Assembly: GCA_041661275.1 (NCBI GenBank)
Contig: JBAZUU010000002.1
Span: 33,206 to 97,205, forward strand
Reading direction: 5' to 3'
Source: Parcubacteria group bacterium
GTDB taxonomy: Bacteria; Patescibacteriota; Minisyncoccia; Moranbacterales; UBA2206
DNA length: 64,000 bases
Shown here: one piece after another, positions 28,338 through 37,167 of the stretch
Layout of the letters: the number at the start of each line of letters is the position of its first letter
Position numbering within the stretch: position 1 is the stretch's first letter
The notes under the pieces: generated by a model
Told to the model about the DNA's origin: nothing
What the model saw: only the letters and a program-made list of their open reading frames with translations
The model's database searches: none
Program-made: the position numbers and the translations under genes

Positions 28338-28835
28338 ATGGCCAACCGACATCTTTCACGCTCAATCGCCATGCAATCACTCTATGAGTGGGATTTTAAC
28401 GGACGCAAAAAGGAAAGTGTTGATGAGATAGTTGAAAAGAATATCAAAGAATTCGGACCAGGAATGGACGACACTAGTTTCGTAGAAAACCTTGTTAAAA
28501 GTACCATCAAAAATCAGGACAAAATTGATCCACTTATTGAAAAATGCGCTCCGGAATGGCCACTAGACCAAGTGACGATCGTTGACCGGAATATTTTGCG
28601 TTTAGGGATAAATGAACTGCTTTTTGGCAACTATGAAGAAGTGCCTCCTAAGGTGGCGATAAACGAAGCAATCGAGCTGGCCAAATCCTTTGGTGGGGAG
28701 AGTTCCGGAAGATTTGTCAATGGAGTTCTGGGAACGATATACAGGGAGTTGGGCGAGCCGATGAAGGATGATGACTCGAAAAAGCGCAAGGAAATAAGAG
28801 AGAAGGAAAAGGAGAATAAAAAAGAAGAAAAATAA
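28338..28835 (+). CDS. nusB: Transcription antitermination factor NusB
   Basis: [13 protein letters not shown]..., [28 protein letters not shown]-rich C-terminal tail. Confidence 0.85.
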   Translation: MANRHLSRSIAMQSLYEWDFNGRKKESVDEIVEKNIKEFGPGMDDTSFVENLVKSTIKNQDKIDPLIEKCAPEWPLDQVTIVDRNILRLGINELLFGNYEEVPPKVAINEAIELAKSFGGESSGRFVNGVLGTIYRELGEPMKDDDSKKRKEIREKEKENKKEEK

Positions 28836-28945
28836 TTAATTTTAAAATCACAAATTCAAAATTACAAATCCCAAATAAATTAAAAAATTACAATATTAAA
28901 ATTCAAAACAGTTTATAATTTTGGATTTTAGCCATTGTAATTTAT

Positions 28946-29665
28946 TTGGAATTTGAGATTTTGTATTTGGTGCTTATGGCATTTATGACATCCGATCTAT
29001 CAAAAAAACTGGGAGTAAAATTCAATAATCCCGAACTTTTGCAACAAGCCGTAACTCATCGTTCATACCTTAATGAGCATCGGAGTTATAAACTTGATCA
29101 TAATGAGCGTCTTGAATTCCTGGGAGACGCGGTTTTGGAGTTGGCAGTGACGGAATATCTATATAACAATTATGAAAATCCGGAAGGCGAACTGACCAAC
29201 TGGCGAGCAGCTCTTGTTAATGGAGAAATGCTGGCCAAAATTTCCAAAAAATTGGGCGTGGAAGAATTTCTTATGATGAGTCGTGGAGAAACCAAAGATA
29301 CCGGGCGCGCGCGCCAATACCTTTTGGCCAATGCTTTTGAAGCCATCACCGGTGCTATTTATCTTGACTCCGGTTATGACACGGCCAAGGATTTTATTAT
29401 GAAAAACGTAGTAATCTATCTTGACGAAATAATCGAGAAAAAACTATTCCTAGATCCCAAAAGTCGTTTTCAGGAGGAAGCGCAGGACAAAGTCGGTACT
29501 ACACCGTCCTATCGCGTTTTGGAAGAAGCGGGACCTGATCACGACAAGAAATTTGTCGTTGGAGTATTTTTAGACTCGGAAATGATCGCCAAGGGCGAGG
29601 GGCCGTCCAAGCAGGAAGCTCAAAGGCAGGCGGCAGAGAAGGGATTGGAAGTGAAGAGTTGGTAA
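28946..29665 (+). CDS. rnc: Ribonuclease III
   Basis: ERLEFLGDAVLELAV RNase III signature plus a C-terminal dsRBD. Confidence 0.85.
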   Translation: MEFEILYLVLMAFMTSDLSKKLGVKFNNPELLQQAVTHRSYLNEHRSYKLDHNERLEFLGDAVLELAVTEYLYNNYENPEGELTNWRAALVNGEMLAKISKKLGVEEFLMMSRGETKDTGRARQYLLANAFEAITGAIYLDSGYDTAKDFIMKNVVIYLDEIIEKKLFLDPKSRFQEEAQDKVGTTPSYRVLEEAGPDHDKKFVVGVFLDSEMIAKGEGPSKQEAQRQAAEKGLEVKSW

Positions 29666-29678
29666 ACAAAAACAAAAA

Positions 29679-32048
29679 ATGTTTCTCAAACGCCTAGAAA
29701 TTAACGGCTTCAAATCATTTGCCTCCAAAACCACTTTGGATTTTTTGATTGACTCTGAAAACCACAAGACTCATGGGATAACAGTAGTGGTCGGACCAAA
29801 TGGAAGTGGCAAATCCAACATTGCCGATTCTTTGCGTTGGGTGATGGGGGAGCAATCAATGAAACATCTGCGCGGAAAAAAATCAGAGGACATTATTTTT
29901 GCCGGAAGTGGAAAAAAAGCGCGTTTAGGGAGTGCCAAAGTAACTTTATATCTAGACAATTGTGACCAAAAAATTCCCATTGATTTTTCCGAAGTTACCA
30001 TTGCCAGAAAAATTAACCGTTCTGGCGAGGGAGAATATTTTATCAATGGTTCGCGTGTCCGTCTTCAGGATATTACCGATCTTTTGGCCAAAGCTGGCGT
30101 AGGAAAAGAAAGTTATGCCATTATCAACCAGGGAATGGCCGATGCTATTCTTGCCGCCTCGCCACTGGAACGCCGGACGATCATTGAAGATGCAGCCGGA
30201 GTGAAACAATATCAGATCAAAAAAGAAAGGTCTATCCGAAAACTGGATTCAACTCGGGAAAATTTGGAGCGAGTGAAAAGTTTAGTAGAAGAAATAAAGC
30301 CGCATCTTCGAATGCTCAAAAGACAATCGGACAAAGCGGCTAAGAGTGAGGAAATATTTACGAGTCTTAAAGAAAAGCAGATAAAACTTTTCAGTCATCT
30401 TTGGCATAATTTTCGAGACGAGAAACAAATTTTTGATGAAAAAAAAGACGAATTGGGACGAGAGATGATGAATATGCAACGCGAAGTAGATAAACTTTTA
30501 GACGCAATAAACGCGGAAGAAAAGAACAATAAGGAAAATGAGACTCTCGCCGGATTGGAAAAAGATTCTAGGGAAGCTCGGGTGAAATATAATACTCTCG
30601 AGCGAGAGCTGATCATAACAGAGGGACGATTGGAAATTGAAAAAGAGAAGCAAGCTAGCCGGCAAGTCTTGGAGGAGATAAAAATAACCAGTATTCCTGT
30701 CGATTCTCTTTATGTCAAAAAAATAGTGGAAGAAATCCGGATCGACCAGGAAAGGTTGATAGAAAAATTACAAAAAGTGGAAAAGATTGAAGAACTCCAA
30801 GATATCAAAGAATTTGCCCGAGCGATCCAACAAAGACTATTTGAGCTCAAAGCAGATATTGAAAAAGGGAAAAAGGAGCAGAATTCCGAGAGCGAGGCTC
30901 TCGGAGCCGCTCCAAGAGCCTCGCTCTCGGATGCTTCTGAAATTAAGAAAGACAACTCGGTAATTTTAGAATTGCAAAATAAATTAGTCCAGTTGAGAAA
31001 GGATATAAAGGATCTGGAAAACAAAATTAGAGAAATCGATGAATCGAGAGAAAAAGAAATAACGGAAGACAGAAATCGACGCCAGAAATTTTTTGAGATT
31101 GAAAGAAAAATGAGGACAAAGCAGGATGAACTGGGAAAACTGAAAGATCAATTCAATGATGCCAAAATTTCTTTGGCGCGCGTGGAAGTGCGAGAGGAAG
31201 ATTTGAGGACGGATGTAAAATCAGCGCTCAAAATAGAACCCGAGGAACTTTCAAAAAATAATGAAGAAATCAATCGGGAAGAGTTGGAGCGAGAAGTGGC
31301 GCGTCTGAAAATCCAACTGGAACAGATCGGCGGAATAGATCCGATGGTGATAGATGAATATAGGGAAACTCAAAAACGTTTTGATTTTCTCTCCACTGAA
31401 TCAGAAGATCTGGAAAAAGCTATTGGTAGTCTTCGGGAGATAATAAAAGAAATGGAGCAAAAAATTTCTAAGGAATTTGAGCTGGCTTTCACCGAGATCA
31501 ACAAAGAATTCACCAAATACTTCAAAATAATTTTTGGTGGCGGCGCAGCGCATCTGACAAAAGTTAAGGTAAAAAATCGGAAGTTTAAGATTAAAAAAAC
31601 CGAAGAAGAATCAGATTTAGAAACTGAAAATATAGAGCAAAACGGTGATGACAATGTAGAAGATGTGGAAAATGAAAAGGATGAGATCGGAATCGATATC
31701 TTTGCTTGTCCGCCAGGAAAAAGAATAACCAGCCATGCTATGCTTTCGGGAGGTGAACGGTCACTTACTTCTCTGGCTCTTCTCTTTGCTGTCATTGCCC
31801 ACAACCCACCACCATTCTCTATTTTGGATGAAGTAGAGGCGGCACTTGATGAAGCTAATTCCAGACGTTTTGGCCGGATACTTTCAGAGCTTTCCAAAAA
31901 CACTCAATTTGTCATTATCACTCATAACCGTGAAACCATGCGCCAGGCGTCGATGCTCTATGGGGTGACGATGGGGGAAGACGGAATTTCCAAACTTCTT
32001 TCGGTGAGATTAGACCAAGTAGGACAAGGAGGGAAAATTATAAAATAA
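29679..32048 (+). CDS. smc: SMC-like chromosome segregation ATPase (short form, 789 aa)
   Basis: N-terminal Walker A GPNGSGKSN, long coiled coil, C-terminal LSGGERSLTSLALLFA signature and Walker B ILDEVEAALD. Confidence 0.8.
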   Translation: MFLKRLEINGFKSFASKTTLDFLIDSENHKTHGITVVVGPNGSGKSNIADSLRWVMGEQSMKHLRGKKSEDIIFAGSGKKARLGSAKVTLYLDNCDQKIPIDFSEVTIARKINRSGEGEYFINGSRVRLQDITDLLAKAGVGKESYAIINQGMADAILAASPLERRTIIEDAAGVKQYQIKKERSIRKLDSTRENLERVKSLVEEIKPHLRMLKRQSDKAAKSEEIFTSLKEKQIKLFSHLWHNFRDEKQIFDEKKDELGREMMNMQREVDKLLDAINAEEKNNKENETLAGLEKDSREARVKYNTLERELIITEGRLEIEKEKQASRQVLEEIKITSIPVDSLYVKKIVEEIRIDQERLIEKLQKVEKIEELQDIKEFARAIQQRLFELKADIEKGKKEQNSESEALGAAPRASLSDASEIKKDNSVILELQNKLVQLRKDIKDLENKIREIDESREKEITEDRNRRQKFFEIERKMRTKQDELGKLKDQFNDAKISLARVEVREEDLRTDVKSALKIEPEELSKNNEEINREELEREVARLKIQLEQIGGIDPMVIDEYRETQKRFDFLSTESEDLEKAIGSLREIIKEMEQKISKEFELAFTEINKEFTKYFKIIFGGGAAHLTKVKVKNRKFKIKKTEEESDLETENIEQNGDDNVEDVENEKDEIGIDIFACPPGKRITSHAMLSGGERSLTSLALLFAVIAHNPPPFSILDEVEAALDEANSRRFGRILSELSKNTQFVIITHNRETMRQASMLYGVTMGEDGISKLLSVRLDQVGQGGKIIK
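30887..30930. repeat. Palindromic element (family 2: GAGCGAGGCTCTCGGAGCCGCTCCNAGAGCCTCGCTC) in frame inside smc
   Basis: cgagagcgaggctctcggagccgctccaagagcctcgctctcgg encodes SEALGAAPRASLS. A second copy is intergenic at 33731-33773. Confidence 0.7.
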
Positions 32049-33713
32049 ATGTTCTCTCGTAATAAAAACTTTCTATTTAAAGCACTTATAATCCTGATAA
32101 TTGCAGGCGGTGTTTTTATTCGTTTCTGGCATCTCGATTCCATTCCGCCCGGCATTCATTATGATGAAGCGTATAATGGAGTGAATGCGCTTACTGCCAA
32201 TGAAACGCACAACTGGAAAATATTTTATGAAGACAACACGGGTCGCGAGGGATTGCATATCAACGTCATTGCTTTTTTTATTTCCATTTTTGGTAATAAT
32301 AATTTTGGCCTAAGATTTGCCAATGCTCTTTGGGGGTCGCTCACTCTCATCGGTTTTTATTTTTTGCTAAAAGAACTGAAATTTTCTCATCTTTCCCGGG
32401 CTATCGGAACCTTTATGATTGCCACTTCGTTTTGGCATCTGGTTTTTTCGCGCACCGCCTATCGCGCTATCATGGTTCCGCTCATCTTAGTCTGGCTTTT
32501 CTATTTTTTCTGGAAAGCGGTGGACACACCTAAGTACCGAACCCGATACTTCATCATTTCCGGACTTCTTTTGGGAATAGGGTTTCACACTTACATTTCT
32601 TTCCGCATTGCCCCTGTCATAATTCTGGCGGTTGCCCTTTCTTTTGTTCTCACAAGACCTGGTTTTCTGGCGCGCCATTGGAAATCCGGTCTTATTTTTG
32701 CCATCGCCGCGCTTCTGGCTGCTCTTCCTATTTTTATTTTCTTTTCTGACCATTTCAAAGATTTCGTTTCCAGAAGTGAAGCCGTTTCTGTTTTTAACGC
32801 GCCCAATATGACTTTTTGGCAAGCATTTGGAAAGAGTCTCGGCAGGCATCTCTGGGCATTTTTTGTTATCGGTGATCATAACTATAGGCATAATTTTAAC
32901 AACCAGCCGCTTCTTCCGGCGGCCTGGTCAGTGCTTTTTGCCATCGGATTTATTATTTCCATAAGAGAAATTGGCAAAACGGCGATAAATTTAATAAAAA
33001 ATAGCCGGGAAAATCCAGGAGAAAAATCGATCCTGGCCACCAGATGGTTCAATGTTTCGGTACTGGCCCAGTCTATTTTTTGGATAATGATCTTGCCGGG
33101 AACTTTCAGTATCGAAGGGATTCCGCATTCACTGCGTATCATCGGCACTATTCCGGCCGTGTTTATTTTTTGCGTTTTGCCTTTTGAGTATATTACTAGT
33201 CTTTTTACCGCTACCAAGGAAATTTCTATATCCGCCACCACTCCATCAAGAGATAGTCGATCACTTACAGTCTTTATCGGCCTCATCGCTATGGTGGTTT
33301 TGGGCGGACTGTCGCAGGTATATATTTATTTCAATCTTTGGGCAACCGATCTGGCCACTATGGGCGCTTATGAACGGAAACTTTATGATTTCGGCCTTAT
33401 GACCAAAGATCTTCCGGTGCGCAACAATAACTATATAATGACTGCCTGGAATACTGCCATTTATTCCGACAGACATCAGTCCAGTCTCAAAACTTTGGAA
33501 TATTTGGCATATCCTAACATCAAAAAATATCTATTTTATAGGCCGACCGATGGAATCGGACAGATAAATTGCGATGATCCGCAAATAGTATTTTTGGAAT
33601 CAGATCAATGGCTTCGCGATCAATACAAAAATAATTGTCCGAGTTTACAACAAAAAAGATATCTTTATAATAATGGGAAATATACTTTTTGGGTGATGAG
33701 TAATAATCCCTAG
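32049..33713 (+). CDS. GT-C fold glycosyltransferase (ArnT/PMT family 39-like)
   Basis: Multi-pass membrane N-terminal half with DEAYN-like loop (HYDEAYNGV). Dolichyl-phosphate-mannose/ArnT-like architecture. Confidence 0.65.
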   Translation: MFSRNKNFLFKALIILIIAGGVFIRFWHLDSIPPGIHYDEAYNGVNALTANETHNWKIFYEDNTGREGLHINVIAFFISIFGNNNFGLRFANALWGSLTLIGFYFLLKELKFSHLSRAIGTFMIATSFWHLVFSRTAYRAIMVPLILVWLFYFFWKAVDTPKYRTRYFIISGLLLGIGFHTYISFRIAPVIILAVALSFVLTRPGFLARHWKSGLIFAIAALLAALPIFIFFSDHFKDFVSRSEAVSVFNAPNMTFWQAFGKSLGRHLWAFFVIGDHNYRHNFNNQPLLPAAWSVLFAIGFIISIREIGKTAINLIKNSRENPGEKSILATRWFNVSVLAQSIFWIMILPGTFSIEGIPHSLRIIGTIPAVFIFCVLPFEYITSLFTATKEISISATTPSRDSRSLTVFIGLIAMVVLGGLSQVYIYFNLWATDLATMGAYERKLYDFGLMTKDLPVRNNNYIMTAWNTAIYSDRHQSSLKTLEYLAYPNIKKYLFYRPTDGIGQINCDDPQIVFLESDQWLRDQYKNNCPSLQQKRYLYNNGKYTFWVMSNNP

Positions 33714-33730
33714 CAGAAATATTTGTTCTC

Positions 33731-33773
33731 CTGGAGCGAGGCTCTCGGAGCCGCTCCCAGAGCCTCGCTCCAG
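33731..33773. repeat. Family-2 palindromic element, intergenic copy
   Basis: ctggagcgaggctctcggagccgctcccagagcctcgctccag. Confidence 0.7.
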
Positions 33774-33783
33774 GACGGGGTTC

Positions 33784-33812
33784 TTGACATAGAAAAGATG
33801 CGTGTGTATACT
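33784..33812 (+). promoter_or_regulatory. Sigma70-type promoter (TTGACA, 17-nt spacer, TATACT) upstream of rpsP
   Basis: ttgaca at 33784-33789 and tatact at 33807-33812, spacer exactly 17 nt. Confidence 0.55.
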
Positions 33813-33848
33813 GTATTAGTAATATTTAAGACGATTTAGGCACGCTGA

Positions 33849-34307
33849 GTGTCCAAGTTTAGTACTACAAAAATGCTGACAATGAGAATGGCCCGCGTAG
33901 GGAAAAGAAATAAGGCTCAATTTAAAATAATGTTGCAGGAATCTACCGTTGCTCCGGGAGGGAAGCACGTGGAAGTTTTGGGTTCCTACGATCCGCATCA
34001 AAAGGCGGCTGTATTAAAAGAAGAAAGAATAAAATACTGGCTGGCGCAAGGTGCCCAAGCTTCTGATACAGTTTATAACTTACTAGTTTCAAAAGGTTTG
34101 ATTTCTGACAAAAAAAGAGCAGTGAAATTACCGAAAAAAGCGGAACCTGCCTCACCGGCAGGCGAGGAGCCAAAAGCTGAAGAGACTAAAACTGAAAAAA
34201 AGACCGAAGATATAAAAGAAGAAGTTAAAGTTGAGGAAAAAATTGAAGAAGTAAAAAAAGAGGAAAAACCAGAAGAGCTAAAGCAAGAAGATGTAAAAAC
34301 TGAATAA
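33849..34307 (+). CDS. rpsP: 30S ribosomal protein S16 with K/E-rich C-terminal extension
   Basis: MRMARVGKRNKAQFKIML...GSYDP matches the bS16 N-terminus. Real start probably ATG at ~33876-33885. Confidence 0.8.
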   Translation: MSKFSTTKMLTMRMARVGKRNKAQFKIMLQESTVAPGGKHVEVLGSYDPHQKAAVLKEERIKYWLAQGAQASDTVYNLLVSKGLISDKKRAVKLPKKAEPASPAGEEPKAEETKTEKKTEDIKEEVKVEEKIEEVKKEEKPEELKQEDVKTE

Positions 34308-34415
34308 TTTAATATATTTTTCCGCAGACAATGGGCACTAAAATAAGACCCATCGAGGAAATGAAAGTCTGGAACTTTTATTTTATGTCTGCTGGAATGC
34401 AGATTTTTTAATTTT

Positions 34416-34931
34416 ATGCAAACACGTAACCAAAAAAAAGAAATAGTCAAGAATTTGACCAAGGAGATAAAAGACTCAAAAGCTGTTGTGTTTTCTGACT
34501 ATAAAGGACTAACTGTCAAAGATATGACTGCTATGAGGAAAGAACTTCACTCTCAAGGAGTTGATCTCCGAGTAGTTAAGAAAACTCTCATTAACATTGC
34601 CCTAAAAGATGCCGGAATAGAATTAGACGCCGAAAAAATGGAAGGTCAGATCGCTCTGGCAATTTCCAGGGAAGATGAAGTAGCAGCTGCTAAAATTATC
34701 GCCAAAGTAGCCAAAGCCAATGAAAATCTGAAAATTGTAAGTGGAATCCTGGGTAAGGATGTTCTTGGAAAAGACGAAGTTATGGCTCTTGCGAAACTTC
34801 CATCCAAGGAAGAACTGCTGGCCAAATTTGTCGGAACAATCAATGCTCCAATTTCAGGATTTGTGAATGTTCTGGCCGGAAACTTGAGGGGACTAGTCAA
34901 TGTTTTGAAGGCGATTGGTGATTCCAAATAA
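34416..34931 (+). CDS. rplJ: 50S ribosomal protein L10
   Basis: Typical uL10 N-terminus (KKEIVKNLTKEIKDSKAVVFSDYKGLTVKDMTAMRKEL). Upstream of rplL. Confidence 0.85.
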   Translation: MQTRNQKKEIVKNLTKEIKDSKAVVFSDYKGLTVKDMTAMRKELHSQGVDLRVVKKTLINIALKDAGIELDAEKMEGQIALAISREDEVAAAKIIAKVAKANENLKIVSGILGKDVLGKDEVMALAKLPSKEELLAKFVGTINAPISGFVNVLAGNLRGLVNVLKAIGDSK

Positions 34932-34971
34932 GATAATTAAATAATTTTATAAATAATTAATCATAAATTAT

Positions 34972-35382
34972 ATGACCGAAGAAAAAAAGGAAACTGTAGA
35001 AGTTCCGGAAAAATTTCAGAAGCTCGTTAGCGAAATTGAAAAAATGAGTGTCTTGGAACTTTCTGAACTGGTGAAGGTGCTCGAAGAAAAATTTGGAGTA
35101 TCAGCTGCCGCTCCAATGATGATGGGGGCGATCCCTGCTGGTGGCGGAGAAGTAGCAGCCGCCGAAGAGAAATCCGAATTTGATGTGGAAGTGACCGCGA
35201 GTGGCGCTTCTAAGATTAATGTTATCAAGGCTGTTCGTGAAGCCACAGGTCTTGGTCTTAAAGACGCCAAGGATCTGGTTGACGCCGCTCCAAAAGTGAT
35301 CAAGGAAAAAGTGACCAAAGCTGAAGCGGAAGAAATGAAGAAAAAACTGGAAGAAGCCGGAGCGACCGTAACTCTGAAATAA
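34972..35382 (+). CDS. rplL: 50S ribosomal protein L7/L12
   Basis: Ala/Gly-rich hinge and C-terminal [24 protein letters not shown]...GATVTLK. Confidence 0.9.
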   Translation: MTEEKKETVEVPEKFQKLVSEIEKMSVLELSELVKVLEEKFGVSAAAPMMMGAIPAGGGEVAAAEEKSEFDVEVTASGASKINVIKAVREATGLGLKDAKDLVDAAPKVIKEKVTKAEAEEMKKKLEEAGATVTLK

Positions 35383-35399
35383 TACCGGAAATTTCATAA

Positions 35400-35435
35400 T
35401 AAAAACCCTGGAATAAAATTCAGGGTTTTTATTTT
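35400..35435 (+). terminator. Rho-independent terminator after rplL
   Basis: aaaaaccctggaataaaattcagggtttttatttt. Confidence 0.8.
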
Positions 35436-35446
35436 GCTAAATCTTT

Positions 35447-35644
35447 TTATAATCCATAAGCCGTGGTCATAGTTTTTAGCATCCAGGGAATAGCAATGAG
35501 AAGTCCGATGAGCGGCAGGACGATAGTGACCACGGTGATAATAAGAGTCCAGAGAAAATATTTTCTCGTCTTTTCCACGGACTTATAAATGTCGTCAATC
35601 TTTTTCTCTTGCTCTTCTAATTTTTTCAAAAGTTCTTGATCCAT
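35447..35644 (-). CDS. Small hypothetical membrane protein (65 aa)
   Basis: Coiled-coil-like N-terminus and a single transmembrane helix. No similarity recognised. Confidence 0.3.
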   Translation of the reverse strand: MDQELLKKLEEQEKKIDDIYKSVEKTRKYFLWTLIITVVTIVLPLIGLLIAIPWMLKTMTTAYGL

Positions 35645-35656
35645 AGAATTTATTTA

Positions 35657-36214
35657 TTATTTTTTATAATTCCCACCAATAATGGGCATATTTTTTTCAG
35701 GCCAATTGGTCAGGGCGATAGTAATTTCACTCTCAAGCGGAATTGATAGATCTGGCAAAGCCAAAGCGCAGGCGCGATGCATGCCCTCAATAAGAATGAT
35801 TTTATCCTGCCATATAAGTCCGGTAAGCATAGTTTTGGCAGGGAAATTTTTTTTAATATCAATAATCTTTTGATTGGCTTTTATTATTGGCAGATTGAGA
35901 ATATCTTTTAGTTGCATAGTGATTTTTCCATCGTATGCTTTTTCTATCCAGGAATGTGACGGAACGCCATAAATTTCCGGAAATTCTTTCAGTGGTTCAT
36001 TAATTTTATACAAAAACCATCCTAATTTTTCCGGGTTCAATGGAGCGGCATAAGCTTTCCGCCACTCGTCCCAGGAATCAAAGTCACGTTCTTCCCAGTG
36101 TTTTTTCCATGATTCCTGATGAGCCTCACCTTGTCGCCAGGTATCGAAAATTTTGTCCCAAGTTATAGAATCAATTAATTCTAAGGATGTGTATTGATCA
36201 GGTATTGTTAACAT
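35657..36214 (-). CDS. Hypothetical protein with possible ParB/sulfiredoxin-like GxHR motif
   Basis: Trp-rich N-terminal half. IILIEGMHRACALAL resembles the ParB-like DGHHR core. Weak. Confidence 0.35.
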   Translation of the reverse strand: MLTIPDQYTSLELIDSITWDKIFDTWRQGEAHQESWKKHWEERDFDSWDEWRKAYAAPLNPEKLGWFLYKINEPLKEFPEIYGVPSHSWIEKAYDGKITMQLKDILNLPIIKANQKIIDIKKNFPAKTMLTGLIWQDKIILIEGMHRACALALPDLSIPLESEITIALTNWPEKNMPIIGGNYKK

Positions 36215-36466
36215 TAGTTAAATTATAGCATTAAAATTGATACAAGAAAAAATCCATTCTGTATGTTACTTCAATCTATGGGGACAAAAGGAAGCATTCC
36301 AATCGGTCAGACTACAATGACCACACGACAGATTTTCTTCTCAAAGTAACTGTCGAAACCCCCGGGAAATGACAAAATAATAGCCCCGCGACTCCAAAAG
36401 AGCGGCGGGGCGTTTTTATTTCTAGATTCTTGTGTTTATGTCGGGATTTTTAGTGCAGTTGTCCTG

Positions 36467-36910
36467 TTAATCGACATGGAACTCCTCGCGGCACTCTATT
36501 ACGAAAACAAGATGATTGTCCCCGATGGCGTCTAAAACTTCTTTGGTCTGCTTTTTCCAGCGAGGATCGCAGTGCCGGTATTTCCTTGCCCGTAGACATT
36601 TCCGGGCCTTATTCTCGTCAAGGAAAAGGGCTACCACGGGTGTAGTATGACCACCATGTCTGTTATCATTCACTTCATAGTAAGTTGGACGTTTTTCGCC
36701 TTCGGTCCAGTGAGCGCTATAGAGGCCAATTCCCCCTGGTGTCACGGCTACCAAATTGCCATTGCGCAACATCATTCCGACAGCCATTTCGCTAGTCGTT
36801 CCTTCGCGTAAAGCAATTTTTTTGACAGTCGGAAAATGCTCTTTATTTTTCTCTTCGGACACCAGATACAGAGACGTTAGGGTTACAACAAAGAACTGAT
36901 GTAAATGCAT
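36467..36910 (-). CDS. Hypothetical protein (147 aa)
   Basis: Open frame with reasonable composition. No domain recognised. Confidence 0.35.
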   Translation of the reverse strand: MHLHQFFVVTLTSLYLVSEEKNKEHFPTVKKIALREGTTSEMAVGMMLRNGNLVAVTPGGIGLYSAHWTEGEKRPTYYEVNDNRHGGHTTPVVALFLDENKARKCLRARKYRHCDPRWKKQTKEVLDAIGDNHLVFVIECREEFHVD

Positions 36911-37085
36911 ATCCTCCTCCTCAAGAGATAATCTATGGTTATCAATAAATCCGTCTTTTCTTTATTGCACCTTAACATCGGCTAAGATTTTGGTCAACAG
37001 GGGGTAGGGATGAAAGATCCAGGTGCTTTCTTTCACAATTTGTGTTACGTAACAATGTAAGTAATTAAATACTTACACGGAATTG

Positions 37086-37157
37086 TTGGGCCGGCAGGAT
37101 TCGAACCTGCGCATGGTGGAGCCAAAACCCACTGCCTTACCGCTTGGCTACGGCCCA
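37086..37157 (-). tRNA. tRNA-Gln, anticodon UUG
   Basis: Reverse complement folds as TGGGCCG acceptor (U1-A72, typical of bacterial tRNA-Gln), D-arm GCC-AAGCGGTAA-GGC, anticodon stem GTGGG/TCCAC with loop TTTTGGC, T-arm GCAGG-TTCGAAT-CCTGC. Confidence 0.75.
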
Positions 37158-37167
37158 AAATATTATT

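Noticed and set aside
36240-36425. SRP (4.5S) RNA or tmRNA in the orphan-terminator gap
   Set aside because: Only a GGAAGCA heptamer resembles SRP helix 8. There is no symmetric-loop AGCA/GGAA architecture and no tmRNA tag reading frame. Kept only as 'unassigned small transcript'.
35440-37157. Integrated island at the 3' end of tRNA-Gln
   Set aside because: No integrase and no direct repeat of the tRNA 3' end at the far boundary near 35440. The segment is too small, so it is described simply as unknown-function genes.
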